Below, one piece after another: positions 57,958 through 64,000 of a stretch of 64,000 bases of DNA. Below the pieces are notes generated by a model, which was not told the DNA's origin, made no database searches, and was given only the letters and a program-made list of their open reading frames with translations. Made by a program: the position numbers and the translations under genes. Position 1 is the first letter of the stretch. The number at the start of each line of letters is the position of its first letter. Source of the DNA: Oscillospiraceae bacterium (lineage in GTDB: Bacteria; Bacillota; Clostridia; UBA1381); assembly GCA_022509005.1 (NCBI GenBank), contig JAFLUC010000001.1, positions 10,521 to 74,520 on the forward strand, read 5' to 3'.

Positions 57958-58533
57958 TCATAAATTAACAGCATTATAACAGTCTGTAATCACTTCTTTA
58001 GTGATACCTATATATCTTAATGTAATTTCACTTGAACTGTGATTCAACATCTTTTGAAGTGTTTCTATTGGTACCTTATTAATATACCTGTGAAAAGCCA
58101 TTGTTTTTCTTAATGTATGAGTACCATAATTACCTTTAATACCTAAATCCTTTAGTGTACTTTTAATAATATGATGTAATGGTCTTACCCCTAAATGTCC
58201 TCCCTTTCTGCTTTTGAATAAATAATCGTTAAGGTCTACACTTTTAAACGTATCCAAATATGTTCTTATAGCATCCTTTGCGTTTTTGTTTAATACAAAT
58301 GTTCTTGCCTTTCCTGTTTTTTCTTCCTTTATAGTAACTTCATCAAATATCGTTTTTCCGTCTGTAACATCACTGATTTTCAATGATAATAAATCCCCTG
58401 CACGAAGTCCGACATTGATTCCTACTACAAATATACAATAATCCCTCTTGTTTTCTTTACCATATAGATATTGTTTGATTTTGTTGATATCCTTGATATT
58501 TCTTATAGGTTCAACCTCTTTGGGTATTGGCAT
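57958..58533 (-). CDS. small tyrosine recombinase (catalytic domain only, FimB/FimE-sized)
   Basis: 191 aa. GLRAGDLLSL (Arg I), HTLRKT (His-x-x-Arg) and LNHSSSEITLRYI (His/Tyr nucleophile). Confidence 0.85.
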   Translation of the reverse strand: MPIPKEVEPIRNIKDINKIKQYLYGKENKRDYCIFVVGINVGLRAGDLLSLKISDVTDGKTIFDEVTIKEEKTGKARTFVLNKNAKDAIRTYLDTFKSVDLNDYLFKSRKGGHLGVRPLHHIIKSTLKDLGIKGNYGTHTLRKTMAFHRYINKVPIETLQKMLNHSSSEITLRYIGITKEVITDCYNAVNL

Positions 58534-58637
58534 AGTTGTTCTCCTTTCACATTTTGCATTTGTTGAGATTTATATTATATATTTATCACAGTTCTCTTTA
58601 AATGTAAACGGTTTTTAGGACAGTCACAGAGTAAAAA

Positions 58638-58680
58638 CAATATTACCTTATAGCTAAATTTGCGATAAAAGGTAATATTG
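58638..58680. repeat. perfect 12-bp inverted repeat CAATATTACCTT-N19-AAGGTAATATTG
   Basis: Read directly. Lies in the divergent region between the tyrosine recombinase gene and vbhA. Confidence 0.75.
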
Positions 58681-58757
58681 AAAATCACATGTAAAAGGAT
58701 TTTTTATGATAAACTGCTTATAAACCTAACAATACCAATACTTTCAGGCTTTTTAGA

Positions 58758-58788
58758 CAATATTACCTTCTGTTAAATGGTAATATTA
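58758..58788. repeat. second copy of the same inverted repeat: CAATATTACCTT-N9-GGTAATATTA
   Basis: Read directly, about 120 bp from the first copy. Confidence 0.75.
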
Positions 58789-58830
58789 GAATGATATTTC
58801 AAATAAAAAATTTAATATCAAAAAAATCTA

Positions 58831-58859
58831 TGTACATTTTATTAAATCTATGTTATAAT
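58831..58859 (+). promoter_or_regulatory. candidate promoter of the vbhA-fic operon (TGTACA-17-TATAAT, TGn extended)
   Basis: TGTACA ttttattaaatctatgt TATAAT. AATCTATGT occurs twice across it. Confidence 0.4.
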
Positions 58860-58877
58860 ATTTTTGAGGTGTTTATT

Positions 58878-59054
58878 ATGACTGAAAAACAGAAAACTCA
58901 TTTAGATGAGGTTATATTCTCTATGGAAGTTGAGGGGTTTGAAATTCCCGATGAAGAAAAAGAAACTCTTATCGACATTCTAAACGGCAGATATACGTTT
59001 CAAGAAATATTAGATTCTTATATTTCAGAGGCTAAGGCTTATGGACGAGTATAA
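58878..59054 (+). CDS. VbhA-type Fic antitoxin
   Basis: 58 aa. It contains the inhibitory S-x-x-x-E-G motif (FSMEVEGF) characteristic of VbhA/class I Fic antitoxins. SD GAGGTG. Overlaps the fic start by 14 nt. The track start 58791 is upstream of the SD. Confidence 0.75.
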   Translation: MTEKQKTHLDEVIFSMEVEGFEIPDEEKETLIDILNGRYTFQEILDSYISEAKAYGRV

Positions 59055-59646
59055 ATATTATTATAAAGGTGCAGATTTTTACTGTTATCCTGATACTAAG
59101 GTACTGATTAATAAATTCGGAATACGTGACAGTGAGCAGTTAGAAACCGTTGAACGCAAAATTACCGCATTAAAGACTTTGGAGCTTGAAGAAAAGCCGT
59201 TTAATGGTAATTTGGATTATAAATATTTATTGAGTATTCATCATTATTTATTCTGTGATTTATATGAGTGGGCTGGTAAAATACGTGTTGGTGAATTTAT
59301 GTTTAAAGGCGACAGTATGTTTTTCAGAGCATGTTATATAGAACAAGGATTTGATAGTTTTTATAATAAGCTGCTTAATGAAAACTTCTTAAAGGTTTTA
59401 GATAAAAATAAATTTTGTGAACGTCTTGCATATTATATGGGTGAATTAAATGCGCTCCACCCTTTTAGAGAGGGAAACGGCAGGACAAGCAGACTATATT
59501 TCAAACAATTGGCAAAACAAGCTGGATATCAAATAAAGTTCAGTAATGTTTCAAAAGATGAATTATTAAATGCTGATATCGCAGCTTTTAACTGCAAATA
59601 CGATCCGTTAATTCGAGTATTGGACAAGGTTGTATTAAGCAATTAA
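59041..59646 (+). CDS. Fic-domain toxin (class I, VbhT/FicT-like)
   Basis: Canonical Fic motif HPFREGNGRTSR, 201 aa. Confidence 0.9.
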   Translation: MDEYKYYYKGADFYCYPDTKVLINKFGIRDSEQLETVERKITALKTLELEEKPFNGNLDYKYLLSIHHYLFCDLYEWAGKIRVGEFMFKGDSMFFRACYIEQGFDSFYNKLLNENFLKVLDKNKFCERLAYYMGELNALHPFREGNGRTSRLYFKQLAKQAGYQIKFSNVSKDELLNADIAAFNCKYDPLIRVLDKVVLSN

Positions 59647-59690
59647 TACTATCAGACGATATGTAATGGTTATTAAATAAAGATTATTAC

Positions 59691-59724
59691 AATCCGAGCA
59701 ATTATCACGCTCGGATTATTTTTC
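59691..59724 (+). terminator. intrinsic terminator after fic, about 25 bp inside the right element end
   Basis: AATCCGAGC-aattatcac-GCTCGGATT followed by ATTTTT. Confidence 0.65.
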
Positions 59725-59749
59725 AACTGAATACGTTTCCTCCCGGGAG

Positions 59750-59822
59750 ATTTGCGCCCGTCACAGCTGGAATTATCATAAAGGACACGATAACAAATAT
59801 GATTTCTGAGCTTCAGGGTTAA
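59750..59822 (+). CDS. dpaA: dipicolinate synthase subunit A, 3' segment (final 24 codons plus stop)
   Basis: Reads (R)FAPVTAGIIIKDTITNMISELQG-stop, matching the conserved DpaA tail LPG-x-x-AP-x-TAG-x-I. It is in frame with 47006-47799 when the two segments are joined. Confidence 0.75.
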
Positions 59823-59825
59823 ATA

Positions 59826-59863
59826 AAAGAACACATTCCGCTGCTGTGGAATGTGTTTTTTTG
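59826..59863. terminator. bidirectional intrinsic terminator between the dpaA tail and rpiB
   Basis: AAAAG-AACACATTCC-loop-GGAATGTGTT-TTTTT. Confidence 0.7.
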
Positions 59864-60301
59864 TTAGTTTTCCTCGATTTCGTGAATTTTCGTAACACGT
59901 GTCGCGTGTCTGCCGCCGAGAAACTCGGCGTTGTTCCATGCATCAACGATCATGAATGCAAGATCGCGGCCTGTTATTCTGCCGCCAAGACAGATGATGT
60001 TTGCATTATTGTGCTGCTTTGCCATTGTCGCACTGTACACGTCCGTGCAGTGCGCGGCACGTATGCCTTTATATTTATTTGCCGCTATGGAAATGCCTAT
60101 ACCTGTTCCACACACGAGAATCCCCTTCTCTGCTTCGTCCGATAATACAGCCTCACATACAGGCTTTGCACAATCAGGATAATCAATACTGTCCTCGCTA
60201 TATGCGCCGTAATCCTTATACGCTATTCCAAGCTCGTCAAGATGCTTCTTTATATGCTCCTTTAATTCATAACCGCCGTGGTCTGATCCTATAGCTATCA
60301 T
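59864..60301 (-). CDS. rpiB: ribose-5-phosphate isomerase B
   Basis: MIAIGSDHGGYELKE, ILVCGTGIGISIAANK. Confidence 0.9.
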   Translation of the reverse strand: MIAIGSDHGGYELKEHIKKHLDELGIAYKDYGAYSEDSIDYPDCAKPVCEAVLSDEAEKGILVCGTGIGISIAANKYKGIRAAHCTDVYSATMAKQHNNANIICLGGRITGRDLAFMIVDAWNNAEFLGGRHATRVTKIHEIEEN

Positions 60302-60993
60302 TTATCACTTAATCCTTTCTTCTTGTTTTCAAGCTCACGCTCCGCCTGTGATTTGCGCAGATACAGAGGCGTTATCATATTATAATGAACAGCCGTATCC
60401 GCTTTGGCGAGAGCGAGCGCCGCAACAGATGCAGCACGCACCTCCGAAAGATTAGCCGGGGCGAATATAACATCTTCCCCTGTTATTTCCTCTCTGTGCT
60501 TCAGCATTCCGTCACCTGTGTATATAACAATACCGTCCGAAAATAGTTCTGAAATTTCATCAACCGTCATAACAGTCGGGGCAAGAAGCTCTCTTTGTTC
60601 ATTGCCGGAAAAGCAGTATGCCGCCGTAAATACCTCCTCACGACGCGCATCAAGCATCGGTATGACAACTGCAGATGATCCAACATAGTTATACGCCAGC
60701 GCTTCAAGCGTGTTTATGCCAACCACCGGCTTTCCCGCTGCCTGCGCAAACGCGCGGACTGTTGAAATGCCTATTCTCAGTCCTGTAAACGAGCCCGGAC
60801 CCACTGTTACAGCGAACATATCCATTTCTGATATATCCATGTCAAGGTCATTAAGCAGACGCTCAACCATCACCATGAGGTTCTGCGAGTGCTTTTTCTT
60901 ATTTCTTATTACATACTCTCCAAGTATTACATTATCCTCTGCAACAGCCGCGGAGGCTGGAAATGATGAAGTGTCTACCGCAAGAATTTTCAT
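60298..60993 (-). CDS. tsaB: tRNA t6A37 biosynthesis protein TsaB
   Basis: MKILAVDTSS, GPGSFTGLRIG. Confidence 0.85.
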   Translation of the reverse strand: MKILAVDTSSFPASAAVAEDNVILGEYVIRNKKKHSQNLMVMVERLLNDLDMDISEMDMFAVTVGPGSFTGLRIGISTVRAFAQAAGKPVVGINTLEALAYNYVGSSAVVIPMLDARREEVFTAAYCFSGNEQRELLAPTVMTVDEISELFSDGIVIYTGDGMLKHREEITGEDVIFAPANLSEVRAASVAALALAKADTAVHYNMITPLYLRKSQAERELENKKKGLSDK

Positions 60994-61424
60994 TACAGTT
61001 CCTTCCCCTCCAATATGATATGTCTGTAGTCAAAGCCCTTTTCATCATCCTTAAGAATCGAAATCTTTATATAATCCTCCGGGAAAAGCTCCTCTATAAG
61101 CTCCGCCCATTCTACTATGCACACACCGCCCGCATCCAGATAATCCTCGTAGCCTATCTCATACATTTCGTCCGGATCCGCAATGCGATAAACGTCAAAA
61201 TGATAGAGCGGAAGCCTTCCTTCGTATTCGTTTACAATCGTAAAGGTCGGGCTTGTAACATGTTGTGTGATGCCGAGCGCTTTTGCAAGACCCTGAACAA
61301 ATGCGGTCTTACCCGCGCCCAGATCGCCGTACATTGCGATAAATTCGCCGCCATTTAAGGTGTCTGCAAATTCTGCCGCAATCTGCGCTGTATCGTCATA
61401 TGAATATGATTCGTATTCTATCAT
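60993..61424 (-). CDS. tsaE: tRNA t6A37 biosynthesis ATPase TsaE
   Basis: GDLGAGKTAFVQG, TSPTFT, HFDVYR. Confidence 0.85.
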   Translation of the reverse strand: MIEYESYSYDDTAQIAAEFADTLNGGEFIAMYGDLGAGKTAFVQGLAKALGITQHVTSPTFTIVNEYEGRLPLYHFDVYRIADPDEMYEIGYEDYLDAGGVCIVEWAELIEELFPEDYIKISILKDDEKGFDYRHIILEGKEL

Positions 61425-63094
61425 CAGAACAGCCCCGAAATCACACTGTTTTCATCTATGTCTATCTTCTCCGCCGCAGGTACAGCCGGAAGTCCGGGCA
61501 TTGTCATTATACTGCCTGCCTCTGCTACTATGAAACCTGCGCCGTTTGAGATACGGATTGTGTTTATTTCGACTGTGAAGCCCTCCGGTCTTCCTAAAAG
61601 ACTTGCGTTATCCGATAATGAATACTGTGTTTTAGCAACGCATACTGGCTTTTTGTCAAGTCCCAGCTTTTCAAGTGCTGTTATTGCCTTCTTAGCCTTT
61701 GCCGAGAATGAAACTCCGCTGCCTCCATAAATTTTTGTTACAATAGCTTTAAGCTTATCCGCAATCGAATCATTTACATCATATACCGGCTTATAACGAG
61801 CCTCAGTATTCTCTATCGTTTCAAGCACATATTTCGCAAGCGTTTCACCGCCCTCGCCGCCTTTTGCAAACACCTCGCAAAGCGCGCATTTTGCGCCGTA
61901 CTCCGCGCACTTGTCCTCTACAAATTTCAGTTCAGCATCTGTATCTGTAGCAAATCGGTTTATTGCTACAACAACAGGCGTTCCGAAACTCTGCATATTT
62001 TCAATATGCTTTTTGAGGTTTACAATACCCTTTTTAAGCGCGTCAAGATTTTCGTCCGTGAGTTTGTCTTTTGCGACTCCGCCGTTATATTTTAACGCCT
62101 TTACAGTCGCTACTATAACAACCGCTGACGGTCTTAAGCCCGACATACGGCACTTTATATCCATAAACTTCTCCGCGCCCAGATCAGCGCCAAAACCTGC
62201 CTCAGTTATAGCGTAGTCACCAAGCTTAACTGCAAGCTTTGTTGCCTGTACACTGTTACAGCCGTGAGCAATATTAGCAAACGGCCCGCCATGAATAAAT
62301 GTCGGGGTATGCTCAAGCGTCTGGACGATATTCGGCTTTATCGCATCCTTTAGGAGTGCTGCCATCGCACCTTGCGCATTAAGATCGCGTGCATATACCG
62401 GCTCACCTGATCTTGTGTATGCAACAATTATATTTCCCAGTCTTTCTTTTAAATCCGTAATATCGTTTGCAAGACAAAGAATTGCCATTACTTCCGAAGC
62501 AACGGTTATCATGAAGTGGTCCTCTCGCGGGATTCCGTTGATTTTACCGCCCATACCGATTACAATATTTCTAAGCGCCCTGTCATTCATATCAAGGCAG
62601 CGCTTCCATACTATGTTTGTAACGTCAATATCAAGGCGATTGCCCTTCTGAATATGATTATCAAGCATTGCGGCAAGAAGATTATTTGCTGCAGTAATCG
62701 CATGCATATCGCCTGTGAAATGAAGATTAATATCCTCCATAGGAACAACCTGAGCATAGCCGCCGCCGGCCGCACCGCCCTTTATACCGAATACAGGACC
62801 GAGCGACGGCTCACGAAGCGCGATAAATGTCTTTTTACCAAGACGCGTCATTGCGTCTCCAAGACCTATTGTCACAGTTGTTTTACCCTCGCCCGCAGGC
62901 GTCGGGTTTATTGCTGTTACAAGGATGAGCTTACCATCCTCATTTTTCTCAGCCTTCTTTACAGCTTCGGCTGAGAGTTTTGCCTTGTATTTTCCGTAAT
63001 ACTCAAGATCATCCTCGTCTATTCCCGCCGCCGCAGCAATATCACGTATATGCAGCATTTGTGCCTGCTGCGCAATTTCAATATCTGAAAGCAT
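61424..63094 (-). CDS. fhs: formate--tetrahydrofolate ligase
   Basis: 556 aa. [27 protein letters not shown]. Confidence 0.95.
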   Translation of the reverse strand: MLSDIEIAQQAQMLHIRDIAAAAGIDEDDLEYYGKYKAKLSAEAVKKAEKNEDGKLILVTAINPTPAGEGKTTVTIGLGDAMTRLGKKTFIALREPSLGPVFGIKGGAAGGGYAQVVPMEDINLHFTGDMHAITAANNLLAAMLDNHIQKGNRLDIDVTNIVWKRCLDMNDRALRNIVIGMGGKINGIPREDHFMITVASEVMAILCLANDITDLKERLGNIIVAYTRSGEPVYARDLNAQGAMAALLKDAIKPNIVQTLEHTPTFIHGGPFANIAHGCNSVQATKLAVKLGDYAITEAGFGADLGAEKFMDIKCRMSGLRPSAVVIVATVKALKYNGGVAKDKLTDENLDALKKGIVNLKKHIENMQSFGTPVVVAINRFATDTDAELKFVEDKCAEYGAKCALCEVFAKGGEGGETLAKYVLETIENTEARYKPVYDVNDSIADKLKAIVTKIYGGSGVSFSAKAKKAITALEKLGLDKKPVCVAKTQYSLSDNASLLGRPEGFTVEINTIRISNGAGFIVAEAGSIMTMPGLPAVPAAEKIDIDENSVISGLF

Positions 63095-63176
63095 ATCTAT
63101 TACCTCCTATTATGTATCTTTATACGACAAACAGAGCTGAATATAATATTCAGCTCTCTTTATACATAATTACCTA

Positions 63177-63632
63177 TTAGCTATTTGCATGTTCTTCTCT
63201 ATCTTCCTGAACCTTTCTGAGCAGAAGATCAAGTCTGTGCTCTACATCCGCGAGAATCTCATCAACATATCTGTCCGTATCCATCTTGATTTCTCTTGAA
63301 TCTCTTTCTGACATGTCTCTGATCTGTTCGGCCTTTTCATATGCCTGTCTTGTTATTTCATGTTCGTCAACGAGTCTTTCCTGAGTTTCCTCAGCTGACT
63401 TCTTTATTGCGTCAGCGCGTTCCTCTGCCTCATCAAGAATTCTCTGTCTTTCAGTCTTAACCCATTTAGCTTCTTTGAGCGCTTCCGGATAAACAAGTCT
63501 GATTTCCTGAATATAATCAAGAAGCTCCTCCTTATCTAGCATGATCTTTCCTGTAAGAGGAACTGAGGAAGCTTTTGTTATTGTCTCCTCCATCATGTCT
63601 ATAATTTCCATGACATCCATATCCATATCCAT
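63177..63632 (-). CDS. hypothetical acidic coiled-coil protein
   Basis: 151 aa, Glu/Asp/Arg-rich helical sequence. I cannot place it in a family. Confidence 0.5.
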   Translation of the reverse strand: MDMDMDVMEIIDMMEETITKASSVPLTGKIMLDKEELLDYIQEIRLVYPEALKEAKWVKTERQRILDEAEERADAIKKSAEETQERLVDEHEITRQAYEKAEQIRDMSERDSREIKMDTDRYVDEILADVEHRLDLLLRKVQEDREEHANS

Positions 63633-63666
63633 TTTGATTACACCCTTTCATTTTATTTTAAAAGCA

Positions 63667-64000
63667 TTACTGCTTGCATTTATCTTTTATATTTTGTATA
63701 ATTTCATCAGGAACAATTCCTGATAAATTTCCCTTATAGCCTGCAAGTTCCTTAACCATGCTGGAACTGATATATGAATACATCGAATTTGTCATCATAA
63801 ACATTGTTTCGCATTCATCGTTCAGAGTTTTATTAAGAAGTGCCATCTGGAACTCGTATTCGAAATCATTGACAGTTCTTAGGCCTTTTATAATTACATT
63901 TGCATTATGCTGCTTTGCAAATTCAACCAAAAGACCATCGAAGCTTGCCGTTTCCACATTATTGAGATGATTAGTGACTCTTTTTATGAGATCAACTCTC
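63667..64000 (-). CDS. coaD: phosphopantetheine adenylyltransferase (N-terminus beyond the window)
   Basis: ...FDGLLVEFAKQHNANVIIKGLRTVNDFEYEFQMALLNK...YISSSMVKE. The frame stays open upstream of the track ATG to the window edge (RVDLIKRVTNHLNN). Confidence 0.85.
   Translation of the reverse strand, partial: RVDLIKRVTNHLNNVETASFDGLLVEFAKQHNANVIIKGLRTVNDFEYEFQMALLNKTLNDECETMFMMTNSMYSYISSSMVKELAGYKGNLSGIVPDEIIQNIKDKCKQ

Larger units (their letters stand above)
47800..59749. mobile_element. ~11.95-kb integrated element interrupting dpaA (serine-recombinase-bearing, plasmid/IME-like intervening element)
   Basis: Bounded by the two halves of dpaA. Visibly AT-richer than the flanks. Carries a large serine recombinase at the left end, Rep, an SSB-like protein, a tyrosine recombinase and a Fic TA pair. 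The junctions share GGGA(A)G. Confidence 0.8.

Noticed and set aside
47800-59749. Interpretation of the island as an intact prophage
   Set aside because: No recognisable terminase, portal, capsid, tail, holin or endolysin genes. At about 12 kb with a Rep/SSB module, it fits an integrative plasmid-like element better.
59673-59939. 88-aa minus-strand ORF spanning the right element junction
   Set aside because: It runs antisense across the fic terminator, the att junction, the dpaA tail and the bidirectional terminator. It has an Arg-rich low-complexity composition and no SD. The + strand dpaA tail explains the region better.
1-64000. CRISPR arrays, tRNA or rRNA genes, T-box leaders near asnS/asnA
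   Set aside because: No regularly spaced repeats and no tRNA-like acceptor/T-arm sequences were seen in the intergenic regions. The intergenic spaces upstream of asnS and asnA are too short for a T-box.

Overview
This window is a chromosomal segment from an endospore-forming Firmicute. The gene content looks Clostridia-like (spoIIP, sigK, dpaA, stp/prkC, remA). Positions 1-47.0 kb and 59.8-64 kb hold ordinary, tightly packed housekeeping genes, almost all on the minus strand. They include the conserved yicC-remA-gmk-rpoZ-priA-def-fmt-rsmB-rlmN-stp-prkC-rsgA-rpe-thiN block, then rplS, lepB, rbgA, purL, recQ, ung, coaE, uppP, asnA/asnS and rarA. After the island come rpiB-tsaB-tsaE-fhs-coaD. 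The main finding is that the dipicolinate synthase subunit A gene (dpaA/spoVFA, start 47006) is split at 47799/47800 by a visibly AT-richer element of about 11.95 kb (47800-59749). The missing 24-codon DpaA tail resumes in frame at 59750. The element carries a large serine recombinase next to the left junction and a rolling-circle Rep plus DUF2815-like SSB module. It also carries a five-gene operon headed by an SPFH/zinc-ribbon protein, an RHH protein, a FimB-sized tyrosine recombinase beside paired inverted repeats, and a VbhA/Fic toxin-antitoxin pair. It has no phage structural genes. The second notable item is an 856-aa TetM/EF-G-like GTPase fused to a Rae1/YacP-type NYN nuclease domain (40455-43025). 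I saw no rRNA, tRNA or CRISPR arrays. All family assignments rest on motif recognition by eye, not on searches.
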